A stretch of 63,881 bases of DNA, filler included, from 3 parts of 3 records of this genome joined end to end with filler, not necessarily neighbours in it; one strand, 5' to 3'; shown: positions 39,762 through 49,851, counted from the first letter of the whole stretch. Program-made: numbers and translations. The notes: generated by a model from the sequence alone, not told the origin.

Positions 39762-41018
39762 CTACTTCATTGACGCTTTCACGTCAGCCACGTCGGCAGC
39801 CGTCATCTGGCCATTGGTGACAACTTCACCGTCCTTGATCTGCCAGAGGCGGAACGGGCCGGAGATATCGCCATACTGGTCGAACGACACATTGCCGATC
39901 ACGCCCTGATAGTTGATCGCCTTGCCCTCGTTGATGAGTGCCAGAGCCTTCTTGAACTCTTCCGGCCCGGCATAGATCACTTCGCCTTCGGGATCGACAA
40001 CCGAGCGGATGGCATCACGGATGGCGTCAGATTTGGCCTTGCCAGCCTTGGCGACGGCCAGCCCGACGATTGCTCCAGCGTCATAGGAGCGGTCGGCTGC
40101 AGGAGCTGACGGCGCGATGCCGCCGGAGAAGGCTTCATAATTGGCGTAGAAATACTTGGTCGAGTCCGTCTCGGTGGTGCCCGACGACGTGCCGAACGCA
40201 CCTTCCAGATACTGCGCACCCACAGCCTCGATAAAGTCGGTCGAGTTCATGCCGTCATTGAGCAGGAACTTCTGCGGCCCACCCTGGCTGATCCAGGCGC
40301 GCGCAACCGTTGCTCCGTCCACCGGATAGCTGACCAGGTAAAGCGCTTCCGGTTCGCCGCCCATCGCCGCGGTGACTTCAGCGCTGTAGTTCGGCTGGTT
40401 CTCATTGTAAGGCGTTGCCGAGGTGATCTCGCCGCCGAGCGCTTCATAGGACGCAGTGAATTCGCGCATCAGGTTAAGGCCGAAATCATTGTTGACGTGA
40501 ATGATTGCCAGCTTCTTGAGACCGGAATCCATCGCGTATTTGGCTGCAGCAATCCCCTGCAGTGCATCCGACGTGATGGTGCGGAAGAAATAACCGCCGG
40601 TCTTGCCGTCACGGCTGAGCTGCGTCAGCGTCGGGCTCGAAGACGCAGGCGAAACCTGAACCACGCCAGCGGCAGCAGTCACCGAGGTCAGGATCGGGAT
40701 CGAAACTGAGGAAATAATTCCGCCGATGACGACTGGCACCTGCTTGACGTTGACCAGCTGGGTGGCCTGATCCACGGCAACATTGCCCTGGCTCTGGCTG
40801 TCACGAGTATCGGTCACCAGATCACAGCCCAACACGCCGCCTGCTTCGTTGATGTCGCGGAAGGCCATTTCAACCGATTTCGCCCCGGCCTGCCCATAGG
40901 CGCCGGCGGGTCCGGTCAGTTCCATCACCATGCCGATTGTGATGTCGCAGGCCTGAGAGCTGAGCGCGGAGGCACACAACATGGCCATGGCAAGGCCGGA
41001 TTTCCTGATGATATTCAT
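39762..41018 (-). CDS. Liv/HAAT-type ABC substrate-binding protein
   Basis: Signal peptide; LTGPAGAYG, INEAGGVLG, SPASSSP and FFRT..SDALQG motifs. Confidence 0.88.
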   Translation of the reverse strand: MNIIRKSGLAMAMLCASALSSQACDITIGMVMELTGPAGAYGQAGAKSVEMAFRDINEAGGVLGCDLVTDTRDSQSQGNVAVDQATQLVNVKQVPVVIGGIISSVSIPILTSVTAAAGVVQVSPASSSPTLTQLSRDGKTGGYFFRTITSDALQGIAAAKYAMDSGLKKLAIIHVNNDFGLNLMREFTASYEALGGEITSATPYNENQPNYSAEVTAAMGGEPEALYLVSYPVDGATVARAWISQGGPQKFLLNDGMNSTDFIEAVGAQYLEGAFGTSSGTTETDSTKYFYANYEAFSGGIAPSAPAADRSYDAGAIVGLAVAKAGKAKSDAIRDAIRSVVDPEGEVIYAGPEEFKKALALINEGKAINYQGVIGNVSFDQYGDISGPFRLWQIKDGEVVTNGQMTAADVADVKASMK

Positions 41019-41058
41019 TCTCGTTCTCCTTGTTATGGGGCCTCTCTCGCCCGCTTCG

Positions 41059-41463
41059 TTATGTCGTAATCCATGTCTCCTGAAGCTGCCGCCAGACCAC
41101 CCCCTCAGGTGCATCCGGATCGGCGCTGAACACGGCAGACGAGCGGCGCGCAGATTTCTGCCCGTCAATCACCTGATGTTCGTCGTAGACCACAAGCGCA
41201 ACATCCTCACTGAGCTGCCGTGCCGCGATCAAATCCACTCTGATTTCAAAATCCGCCGGACGTTTCCCGCGAGCTCCCGTTATCATTGCCGCGATCTCGG
41301 CGGTTCCGATTGTGTTGCTGTCGGGCTCGATCATCACCATGTCGGGTGCAAAGGCGCGGAGCGAGACTGACAAGTCCGCCTCTGTGGCCCGGCCGGTGAA
41401 CCACTCGACAAAGAAATCATGCCGTTTGATAACTTCAGCCTGGGCGCGCGCGATCAGATCCAC
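41059..41463 (-). CDS. NTF2/SnoaL-like (DUF4440-like) protein
   Basis: 134 aa; HDFFVEWF...FAPDMVMIEP...RRSSAVF...WRQLQETW pattern. Confidence 0.65.
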   Translation of the reverse strand: MDLIARAQAEVIKRHDFFVEWFTGRATEADLSVSLRAFAPDMVMIEPDSNTIGTAEIAAMITGARGKRPADFEIRVDLIAARQLSEDVALVVYDEHQVIDGQKSARRSSAVFSADPDAPEGVVWRQLQETWITT

Positions 41464-41466
41464 GGT

Positions 41467-42522
41467 TCAATGCCCCTCTTTGTTGAGATTGTATTTCATC
41501 ACCGAGCCGTGCTTGCCGTTGCGGTCCCGTTCCAGCGTGTAGACGTCTCCGGGCACCGGGTTGGCCCGTGCCAGAACAGCATTGATCTCGGCAAAATCCT
41601 GCTCACTCAAAGCAATGCCCGGAATGGCCAGGTTGCGCTCGAGATGATTGCGATTGCGCGCGCCGACGATGACGGCGGCAACGCCCGGGCGCTCGAGAAT
41701 TGCGCGGCTGGCAATCGAGGCGATGTCGCTGTCATGACGCTTGGCAACCACCGAAAGCGCTTTCAGCAGGTCCTGGAACAGATCCCACCCGCCGAACTCG
41801 TCAACGATCAGCTTGTACTTGATCAGCGAGCGGTTCTCGAATGGCGGCTGCAACTCCGGCACGCCGAGCATGCGTTCGGAAAACAGCCCACCACCGACGG
41901 AGCCATAGCAAAGCAGGTTGACCCCATGGGCCTGCGCTGCCTCTACCATCGACCGCGACGGCCGGTCATCGATCAGCGAGTACTGCACCTGCATCGACAC
42001 CAGCGGCACACCAGCATTGATGATCCGCAGCATCTGTTCCGTGTTGAAATTGGTGCCGCCGATATTGGCGATCTTGCCTTCCTGCCGAAGCTCGGCCAGC
42101 CAGCTGGCAACCTCAACCTGGCGGTCGATTTCATAATCCCACCAGTGAAACTGCACCAGATTGAGTTGTTCCAGCCCCAACCGCGTGAGCGAGGTCTCGA
42201 TGCCTTCGACAACATCCGCCCGCGTGAGTGTGGCAAGCTTGCCCAGATCCGGCACGAACTTAGTATGCACCTTGATCCGGCTCAGCGCTTCCGCACCGCG
42301 GACCTTTTCATACTCCTTGCGGAATGCCCCGATCAGCGCTTCCACGCCGGTGTAGATATCAGCGCAATCAAACGTCGTGATTCCGGCATCGGCAAAGGCG
42401 ATCATGTCGTCGATCCCGGCTTGCCGGTCGACATCGCCGTGCCCGCCCGCAAGTTGCCAGCCGCCCTTTATAACGCGCGAAATCCGGTGCCCCGGAGCGA
42501 GGTCAAATGTCTGCATTGTCAT
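41467..42522 (-). CDS. Aldo/keto reductase
   Basis: GGWQL, FDCADIY, HTKF, QFHWW, IGGTNF and QVQYSLID motifs. Confidence 0.9.
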   Translation of the reverse strand: MTMQTFDLAPGHRISRVIKGGWQLAGGHGDVDRQAGIDDMIAFADAGITTFDCADIYTGVEALIGAFRKEYEKVRGAEALSRIKVHTKFVPDLGKLATLTRADVVEGIETSLTRLGLEQLNLVQFHWWDYEIDRQVEVASWLAELRQEGKIANIGGTNFNTEQMLRIINAGVPLVSMQVQYSLIDDRPSRSMVEAAQAHGVNLLCYGSVGGGLFSERMLGVPELQPPFENRSLIKYKLIVDEFGGWDLFQDLLKALSVVAKRHDSDIASIASRAILERPGVAAVIVGARNRNHLERNLAIPGIALSEQDFAEINAVLARANPVPGDVYTLERDRNGKHGSVMKYNLNKEGH

Positions 42523-42859
42523 CTCCCAGCGGCACCGCTGTCGTCTCTGAATGGTTGAAGCGTCTGAGCTTCGTACGTGTGATCTTCAGCCGCGACGGGC
42601 AATGCGGGTCAGGGCAGGCAATTTCAGCGTCGGTCGACATCCAGTCATTGGGGTCGGTCGGGCGCTGTTTCGCTGCCAGCAGCGGCAACACCGAAGCCAG
42701 CGAATAAATCGACATGCCCTGCCCCGGCGGCAGGTGCAGCATCTCGCCACGCAGTTCGAAATAATCGCCAACATTGGCCCCGCACCAGATCTTGGCGCCT
42801 TCAGGAGCAACCACCTCGACCTTCAGGTCCCAAAGCTCAAATCCTTCATTGGCGCTCAT
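42503..42859 (-). CDS. TIGR04076-like small Cys-containing protein
   Basis: DLKVEV...CG..VGDYF...CPDPHC pattern, recognised from memory. Confidence 0.7.
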   Translation of the reverse strand: MSANEGFELWDLKVEVVAPEGAKIWCGANVGDYFELRGEMLHLPPGQGMSIYSLASVLPLLAAKQRPTDPNDWMSTDAEIACPDPHCPSRLKITRTKLRRFNHSETTAVPLGDDNADI

Positions 42860-43581
42860 GACGCAGCTCCGTTTTCGCTGACCCAGAATTCAGGCTCGGC
42901 TCGTTCCAGAATGGCAAATGACTGGCTGATGTCAGATGACAATTCCTTTGAAACCCGCGCCTTGTCGCCCGCCTTGATCGCCGCGAGAATGCCGCGGTGA
43001 TGCAGCGTTGCCGCCGTGTCGGTCAGCGGACTGTGCAGCTTCGCCGCCGCCCGTACATAGGGCCCTGCCTGCATCCACAGGCTCTCGACAATCGGCATGA
43101 ACACAAAAGATCCGGCAGCCTCATAGAGCTTGAAATGGAAGGCGTGGTTGAGTGTCGCGACATCTTGCGCGTCACGTGTGTCTTCATACTCGGTGGTCAG
43201 AACTTCAAGCCGGTCAATATCTGCGCTGGTAAGATTGGCAATCGCGCGCGCCGCCAGCTCAGCCTCGATCAGGGTGCGGGCCTGGGCGATATCGCGTGCC
43301 CGCTCCAGCGTCAGCAGGGGAACCCGGACACGCCGGTTGGCCATCGCCTCGAGCGCACGCTCCGAGACCAGCCGGGCCAGCGCCTCGCGCACCGGCATGG
43401 AACTCACCGACATCCGCTGCGCCACATCGCCGGCCAGAAAAATCTCGCCGGCATCAAACCGGCCCTGGATCAGGGCATCGCGAAGCTGGCGGTAAATCCG
43501 GTCCTGAACCGTCTCCCGGCCAACCGGAGCGAGATGATCAAGCCCCGGACCGTCAAACTTTGAGCTGGTCTGAATGTTCAT
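42856..43581 (-). CDS. GntR/FCD-family regulator
   Basis: VSSMPVREALARL HTH; NHAFHFKLY FCD motif. Confidence 0.9.
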   Translation of the reverse strand: MNIQTSSKFDGPGLDHLAPVGRETVQDRIYRQLRDALIQGRFDAGEIFLAGDVAQRMSVSSMPVREALARLVSERALEAMANRRVRVPLLTLERARDIAQARTLIEAELAARAIANLTSADIDRLEVLTTEYEDTRDAQDVATLNHAFHFKLYEAAGSFVFMPIVESLWMQAGPYVRAAAKLHSPLTDTAATLHHRGILAAIKAGDKARVSKELSSDISQSFAILERAEPEFWVSENGAAS

Positions 43582-43655
43582 TCTGCCAATGCCGCCTTCT
43601 CCCGTTTGAAGCTTTACTTTAGGCCTCAAACATGATCCTGTAAATGATAAATGAT

Positions 43656-43667
43656 AGTTGATCAACT
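43656..43667. promoter_or_regulatory. Candidate GntR operator
   Basis: Perfect palindrome AGTTGATCAACT within a run of TGAT repeats between divergent operons. Confidence 0.5.
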
Positions 43668-43679
43668 TTGATTGAGCGA

Positions 43680-44462
43680 ATGACCGGAACCAGTCACACA
43701 CCCATTCTCGAGGCGCGCGGCATCACCAAATCCTTCGGTGGTTTCTGCGTCGTCAATGATATTTCGCTTGATCTGACAGCCTCCGAAATCCTCGGGGTTA
43801 TCGGTCCGAACGGGGCTGGCAAATCCACCCTGTTCAACCTTCTGGCAGGCGCTCTGCCGATTGATTCGGGCAGCATTCGCCTTGCGGGCAAGGACCTGTC
43901 AAAGGCACGCCCCGAAACCCGCATCCAGTCCGGACTTGGACGCACCTTCCAGATCCCGCGGCCTTTTCCGCGCATGACGGTTCTGGAAAACGTCATGACC
44001 GCGGCCCAGAACCAGCGCGGCGAAAGCCTGTTTTCGGCCCTTGCCGTGCCACGGCTGGTTGCCGCCCAGGAACGGGCAAATGCCAACCGCGCCCGCGACC
44101 TTCTCGATTTCGTGTCACTCTCTCATCTCGAAGACCAGCCAGCGGCGGTGCTCTCGGGCGGGCAGAGAAAACTCCTCGAACTGGCGCGCGTGCTGATGGC
44201 CGAACCTCGGGTCATTCTGCTTGACGAACCTGCGGCAGGGGTCAATCCGGCGCTGCTCGATCTGATCATCGACCGGATCCTTGCCATCAACAAACTGGGA
44301 ATTGCGGTGCTGTTGATTGAACACAACATGGAAATGATTGCCCGTCTCTGCCCTCGCGTCATCGTCATGGCGGCAGGCAAGGCCCTGGCCGAAGGCCCGC
44401 CGGCGGAGGTCACAAAACGGGCAGACGTGATCGATGTCTATCTCGAGGGCATGCCGACATGA
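43680..44462 (+). CDS. LivG-like ABC ATPase
   Basis: GPNGAGKST, LSGGQRK and LLDEPAAG motifs. Confidence 0.9.
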   Translation: MTGTSHTPILEARGITKSFGGFCVVNDISLDLTASEILGVIGPNGAGKSTLFNLLAGALPIDSGSIRLAGKDLSKARPETRIQSGLGRTFQIPRPFPRMTVLENVMTAAQNQRGESLFSALAVPRLVAAQERANANRARDLLDFVSLSHLEDQPAAVLSGGQRKLLELARVLMAEPRVILLDEPAAGVNPALLDLIIDRILAINKLGIAVLLIEHNMEMIARLCPRVIVMAAGKALAEGPPAEVTKRADVIDVYLEGMPT

Positions 44463-45190
44463 CCGCGCTATCACTTGAGAACCTGGAGGCCGGGTACGAT
44501 CCTGATCTGCCCATCGTCAAAGGTGTGAGCTTCAGCATCGAAAAAGGCGAAGCCGTCTGCATTCTCGGTCCCAACGGGGCTGGAAAATCCACCATGATCA
44601 AGGCCATCGCCGGGCTCGTTCCCTGCTTTGGCGGTACAGTGCGGCTCGGAGAAGCTGACGTGACCGGGCTTCCCTCCCATCTTCTTGTGCGCAACGGCAT
44701 GGGTTTCGTGCCCCAGACGGAAAACATCTTTACCCGTCTCTCCATCATCGAAAACCTGCAAATTGCCGCGCAATTGCTGCCCAAACCGGAGCGCACTGGC
44801 CGGATTGAGGCGATGCTCGACATGTTCCCCGACCTCGCAGCGCGCCCGCGTGAACTAGCAGGCGCCCTGTCGGGCGGACAACGCCAGATGCTCGCTGCCG
44901 CTCGCGCCCTGCTGACCGAGCCCAAGGTGCTGATGCTCGACGAACCTTCAGCAGGCCTCTCGCCAAAACTGGTAGGCCAGGTGTTTGAAACGCTTCGCCG
45001 GATCTCCGATGCAGGCGTGACCCTTGTGTTGGTGGAGCAAAACGTGCGCGCTGCCCTGACACTCACTGAACGGGCGCTGGTTCTGGTCGACGGCAAGCTG
45101 GCGCATGACGGGCCAACCGACGTGCTTCACGACGGCAGGTTCCTGGGCGAATTGTTCCTCGGCCATCGCGCAGCGGAGGCACATCAATGA
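44459..45190 (+). CDS. LivF-like ABC ATPase
   Basis: GPNGAGKST, LSGGQRQM, LDEPSAGL and VEQN motifs. Confidence 0.9.
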   Translation: MTALSLENLEAGYDPDLPIVKGVSFSIEKGEAVCILGPNGAGKSTMIKAIAGLVPCFGGTVRLGEADVTGLPSHLLVRNGMGFVPQTENIFTRLSIIENLQIAAQLLPKPERTGRIEAMLDMFPDLAARPRELAGALSGGQRQMLAAARALLTEPKVLMLDEPSAGLSPKLVGQVFETLRRISDAGVTLVLVEQNVRAALTLTERALVLVDGKLAHDGPTDVLHDGRFLGELFLGHRAAEAHQ

Positions 45191-46101
45191 ACCCGCAAGC
45201 CATTATCGACGGACTGATATCCGGCTCCACCATCGGGCTTGGCGCCATCGGCCTGACATTGACCTACTCCATCCTGCGCTTTGCCAACTTCACTCATGGC
45301 GATTTTCTCGCCTGGGGCGCCTACCTGACACTCACCGTGGCAGGTGTCCTGGGTGGACTGGCTGCAGGGCTGGGCGCACCGGTCTATCCGTTCAGCTTCG
45401 GCTGGGGACTGCCACTCGCCATGCTCGGCGGTGTGGTGCTGACCGTTGCTCTGACCTTGGGGCTCGACCGCGTTCTGTTCGGCCGCCTGCGCGCCCGGGG
45501 CGCCGATGCGATCATCATCGTCATGGCGAGCTTTGGCGCATCCATGGCCTTGCGCTCGCTGCTCGAATTCATCTTCACCGCAAAGCCTGCCTATTTCACC
45601 AAGGCGCTGCAGATCGCCAAGCCGCTGGGCCTCGGCATGCGCGCCACGCCAGATCAGCTTCTGGTCATCGGATTGACCGCTCTGCTGGTTCTGGCCCTGC
45701 ACCTGCTGGTTACCCGCAGCGCAACCGGCCGCGCCATGCGCGCGGTTTCGGAAAACCCAAGCCTCGCCGGTGTCTATGGTGTTGATGTCGGCAAGGTGGT
45801 GCGCGTCACCTGGATCATCGGTGCCGGCATGGCCTGCATCGCAGGTGTCATGGCAGGCCTGCTGGTGCAAATCCGCCCCTATATGGGCTTCGACCTGCTG
45901 CTGCCGCTGTTCTCCGCCGCCATCCTCGGCGGCATCGGCTCCATCCCCGGCGCCATGCTGGGCGGGTTGATCATTGGTCTCAGCGAGGCCTTTGCCGTGC
46001 AGATCATCGGGGCTGAGTGGCGCGCCGCCATCTCCTTCGTCATCCTCGTCATCGTGCTGATGCTGCGCCCGCAAGGCCTCTTCGGCCAGAAGGAGGCCTG
46101 A
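45187..46101 (+). CDS. LivH-like ABC permease
   Basis: NFTHGDF, GRAMRAVSEN and ILGGIGS motifs. Confidence 0.9.
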   Translation: MNPQAIIDGLISGSTIGLGAIGLTLTYSILRFANFTHGDFLAWGAYLTLTVAGVLGGLAAGLGAPVYPFSFGWGLPLAMLGGVVLTVALTLGLDRVLFGRLRARGADAIIIVMASFGASMALRSLLEFIFTAKPAYFTKALQIAKPLGLGMRATPDQLLVIGLTALLVLALHLLVTRSATGRAMRAVSENPSLAGVYGVDVGKVVRVTWIIGAGMACIAGVMAGLLVQIRPYMGFDLLLPLFSAAILGGIGSIPGAMLGGLIIGLSEAFAVQIIGAEWRAAISFVILVIVLMLRPQGLFGQKEA

Positions 46102-46103
46102 GA

Positions 46104-47063
46104 ATGGAAATCCTCGCTTACGCCGCCTTCTTCCTCACCATTGCCCTGACCTATGCCATCATCTGTCTGGGACTGAATGTGCAATGGGGCCAGACCGGCC
46201 TGTTCAATGTCGGCATTGCCGGCTTCGTCGGCCTCGGCGCCTATGTTTCCGCTGCCCTGACAACCCCGGACGCCGCCGAACGCATCGGTGGCTTCGAGTT
46301 TCCGATCATGCTCGGCTGGCTGGCAGCAATGGTGGCCGGCGGTATATTGGCACTGGCAGTCGGGCTGCTGACCCTGAGGATGCGGTCCGATTATCTGGCG
46401 ATCACCACCTTCGGCATCGCCGTGGCGCTACAGCTTGTGTTTCAGAACACCGAAAGCCTGACCGGCGGCGCCTTCGGCATGGCCTTCATCCCGCGCCCGT
46501 TTTCCGGGCTTCAGGGTGAACCGATTGCCTTCAACCTGCTCAACCTCGGGCTGACAGCTCTCGTCGTGCTGGTGCTCTACTTCCTGCTTGAACACCTGCT
46601 GCGCAGCCCCTGGGGCCGGGCGCTGAGAGCCGTGCGGGAAGATGAGGTCGCAGCCCAGGCGCTCGGCAAGAACCCTATCCTGCTGCGCATTCAGGCCTTC
46701 GCGCTGGGCGGCGCCATCATGGCGCTGGCTGGTGCCGTTCAAGCGCACTTCATCGGCTTCATTGCACCGGGCAATTACTTGCCGATGATGACCTTCCAGG
46801 TCTGGGCCATGCTCATCGTCGGCGGTTCCGGCAACAACCGTGGCGCCATTCTCGGTGCAGTGCTCGTCTGGGCCATCTGGGCGCTCTCGGGCGCGCTGAT
46901 TTCCGAAATTTTCCCGGCCGACCAACAGGCCCGCGCAGCATCTCTGCAGATCGTCGTCATCGGCGTTATGCTCTGCGCCATCCTGCTCTGGCGGCCTCAG
47001 GGCATTCTGCCCGAGGTGCGCTCCGTATCGCGCCATCTCGGACACCGCAACAAGGACAACTGA
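46104..47063 (+). CDS. LivM-like ABC permease
   Basis: GLNVQWGQTGLFNVG, DYLAITT and WGRALRAVREDE motifs. Confidence 0.9.
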   Translation: MEILAYAAFFLTIALTYAIICLGLNVQWGQTGLFNVGIAGFVGLGAYVSAALTTPDAAERIGGFEFPIMLGWLAAMVAGGILALAVGLLTLRMRSDYLAITTFGIAVALQLVFQNTESLTGGAFGMAFIPRPFSGLQGEPIAFNLLNLGLTALVVLVLYFLLEHLLRSPWGRALRAVREDEVAAQALGKNPILLRIQAFALGGAIMALAGAVQAHFIGFIAPGNYLPMMTFQVWAMLIVGGSGNNRGAILGAVLVWAIWALSGALISEIFPADQQARAASLQIVVIGVMLCAILLWRPQGILPEVRSVSRHLGHRNKDN

Positions 47064-47066
47064 CAA

Positions 47067-48530
47067 ATGAAACCTGATCGCACCGACCTAGCTCCGGGTC
47101 TTTCCATCAGCCGAATTCTGACCGGCCTCTGGCAGGTCGCCGATCAGGAAAAGGACGGAAGCACACTCGACCCCGTTGCCGGTGCCAAAGCACTGGCTGA
47201 TTATGCCGCCGCAGGTTTCGATACATTCGACATGGCTGACCACTACGGCAGCGCCGAGCTGATCACCGGCGAACTGCTGCGCAGCTGGAAGGGCGAACCT
47301 CGTCCGAAGGCCTTCACCAAATGGTGTCCAGAACCCGGCCCGATGACACCCGAGGTGGTGCGCGCCGGGGTTCAGGACCGGCTCGATCGGCTTGGTGTCG
47401 AACGTGTTGATCTTCTCCAGTTTCACTGGTGGACATTCGAGCACCCGGCCTGGCTTGATGCATTGCATGAGCTCAAGCGCCTCAAGGACGAAGGCCTTAT
47501 CGGCCAGATCGGCGTCACCAATTTCGACACTGCCCACCTCGCCCTTGCGCTGGCAGAAAGCATTCCGCTGGTCTCCAATCAGGTGTCATTCTCGCTGATC
47601 GACCGCCGCGCCGCTGGCCACCTCGCCGAGACCTGCAAGACACACGGCGTCCGCCTTCTCGCCTACGGCACATTGTGCGGCGGCTTTCTTTCAGAACGCT
47701 GGCTCGGCAAACCCGAACCTGAAGCAGTCGAAGACTGGAGCGGATCGAAATATCTCCGGTTTATCCAGACAGCCGGTGGATGGAACGGCTATCAGGGCAT
47801 TCTCTCGGCTGCCGATACCATCGCCAAAAAGCATGGCGTGTCCATTTCCAACGTGGCCACTCGCTGGGTGCTGGAGCACGACCATGTCGCAGGCGTCATC
47901 GTCGGCGCACGGCTTGGCGAAAACCAGCACCGGAACGACAATCTGCGGCTGTTCCAGTTTGATCTCGATGCAGATGACCACGCCCTGCTGGACAAGGCCT
48001 TCGCCGCCACGAGCATGATCCCTGGCGATTGCGGCGACGAATATCGCCAGCCACCCTTCCTCACTGCGTCCGGCGACCTGAGCCACCATCTGGCGGCAAT
48101 GCCCAGCGCACTGACCGCTGTCACCGATCCGGACAATCCGGACAGGGCGCGGGTGTTTTCAGGGTCGCTGTGGGAGCCAATCGCCGGCTATTGCCGTGCT
48201 CTTCGTGACGGTGATCGTATCCTGGTGTCCGGAACAACCGCCACCCACGGCGTCGACCGCACGGTGGCGATCAATGATGCTGGCGCGCAAACCACCTATA
48301 TTCTCGACAAGATCGCGGCTTCCGTGCGCGCGCTCGGCGGTGATCCGAAGGACATTCTGCGCACCCGTATGTATCTGCGTGGCGACGAGGATATCGAGGC
48401 TGCAGCCCGCGCCCACGGATTGCGCTTCACCACCAACCCACCGGCCAACACCACATTTCTGGTCGGCAATCTGATCGGCGATTTCCGCGTCGAGATCGAG
48501 GCGGAGGCCGTCGTCAGCAAGAAACAGTAA
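47067..48530 (+). CDS. Aldo/keto reductase fused to a C-terminal Rid (YjgF/YER057c/UK114) domain
   Basis: AKR motifs FDMADHYG, TKW, QFHWW, IGVTNF; Rid domain SGSLWEPIAGYCRA...VSGTT...PANT...VEIEAEA. Confidence 0.85.
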   Translation: MKPDRTDLAPGLSISRILTGLWQVADQEKDGSTLDPVAGAKALADYAAAGFDTFDMADHYGSAELITGELLRSWKGEPRPKAFTKWCPEPGPMTPEVVRAGVQDRLDRLGVERVDLLQFHWWTFEHPAWLDALHELKRLKDEGLIGQIGVTNFDTAHLALALAESIPLVSNQVSFSLIDRRAAGHLAETCKTHGVRLLAYGTLCGGFLSERWLGKPEPEAVEDWSGSKYLRFIQTAGGWNGYQGILSAADTIAKKHGVSISNVATRWVLEHDHVAGVIVGARLGENQHRNDNLRLFQFDLDADDHALLDKAFAATSMIPGDCGDEYRQPPFLTASGDLSHHLAAMPSALTAVTDPDNPDRARVFSGSLWEPIAGYCRALRDGDRILVSGTTATHGVDRTVAINDAGAQTTYILDKIAASVRALGGDPKDILRTRMYLRGDEDIEAAARAHGLRFTTNPPANTTFLVGNLIGDFRVEIEAEAVVSKKQ

Positions 48531-48545
48531 GAACTCTAACGGTCC

Positions 48546-49850
48546 TTAGATCCCCAGCTTGTCCCGCAACCGGTAAGCCGCAACGGACGGCGCCAGGAAC
48601 CACGGATTTCCCGTGTAGAACGGTCGTGTCCGGAACGGGATCGTGCTGAAGGCGCCCAAGTCCGTATCGATGCCTGCGGCCGCCTTGCCGAGTTTCGAGC
48701 CGAGATAACCGGCCATGCCCACACCAGAACCGCAATAGCCCATGGCGTAGAAGAGGTTGTTGTCTTCACCGCAATGCATCAGCGTGTCGAAGGTAAAGGC
48801 CACAATGCCCGCCCAGGAATGGCTGATCCGGGTGTGCTGGAGTTCGGGAAACAATCGAACCAGTTCCGCAAGCAGTTTAGGTCCGCTCTTGCGCGGGTCG
48901 GTTTCCTGCAGAGACACACGTCCACCGAACAGGATACATTTCCGGTCCGGCGAAGGTCGGTAATAATACACCAGCTTTCTCGTGTCGGAGAGAATGCGGT
49001 TGGTCGGAAACAACCGGTCCATGACCTCAGCCGGAATTTCCTCGGTGGCAATCACGTAGGATCCGATCGGGATCACCCGCCGCTGCTGCCAGGGCGTAAG
49101 CGGACCGGTGTAACCGTTGGTCGCGGTGATCACCTTGTTGGCGCGGATACGGCCCTTCTCAGTAGAGACCTCAAAGCCGTTTGGTCCGCGCCCAAGGTCA
49201 TTCACGCGGCATTGGCTGACGATGCGCGCACCTGCTGCCTTTGCGACAGAGAGAAGGCCCGCATGGTATTTGCCGGGATCGATGCTCGAATGCCGCGGAA
49301 AAACAACGCCACCATAATAGGCATCGGTGCCCAGTTCGCTGTGCTGTTTATCGCGCGAAACCATGAAAGCACCGGTTTCAAAACCGGGATGACGGTGTTC
49401 GCTTTCACGCGCCAGCTTGTCGTACTGGCCTGCAGTGTGGGCGCCGTGAAAGCGGCCTACCTCACCGAAATCACAATCGATGTTCTCCTCACTGACAAAA
49501 TCACGCACATGATGCAGCGATGCCTGGCCTTCCTTGAGAATCTGAATGGCCTGCACTTCGCCATACCGTTGGCAAAGCGCGGAATAGGACGGTTTCACAC
49601 TGGTCGAAATTTGTCCGCCATTGCGGGTGCTGCATCCGAAGCCCGCGGCCTCTGCATCAACCACAACCGTATCCAGCCCGGCGCGCGCGGTCTGCACTGC
49701 CGCGTGCAAGCCAGTGTATCCAGATCCGACAACCAGCACATCCGCGGTGGCGGGCAACTGAGCCAGATCATCAGGCTGACGCGGCGAAGCATCCCACCAG
49801 TAAGGCGCAGGCTTGAAATCAGGACTGAAACAATCACTTGGATTTGCCAT
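48546..49850 (-). CDS. DAO-family FAD-dependent oxidoreductase (PuuB-like)
   Basis: YWWD, GSGYTGL, STRNGG, ATNGY and GYCGSGV motifs. Confidence 0.85.
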   Translation of the reverse strand: MANPSDCFSPDFKPAPYWWDASPRQPDDLAQLPATADVLVVGSGYTGLHAAVQTARAGLDTVVVDAEAAGFGCSTRNGGQISTSVKPSYSALCQRYGEVQAIQILKEGQASLHHVRDFVSEENIDCDFGEVGRFHGAHTAGQYDKLARESEHRHPGFETGAFMVSRDKQHSELGTDAYYGGVVFPRHSSIDPGKYHAGLLSVAKAAGARIVSQCRVNDLGRGPNGFEVSTEKGRIRANKVITATNGYTGPLTPWQQRRVIPIGSYVIATEEIPAEVMDRLFPTNRILSDTRKLVYYYRPSPDRKCILFGGRVSLQETDPRKSGPKLLAELVRLFPELQHTRISHSWAGIVAFTFDTLMHCGEDNNLFYAMGYCGSGVGMAGYLGSKLGKAAAGIDTDLGAFSTIPFRTRPFYTGNPWFLAPSVAAYRLRDKLGI

Positions 49851-49851
49851 C

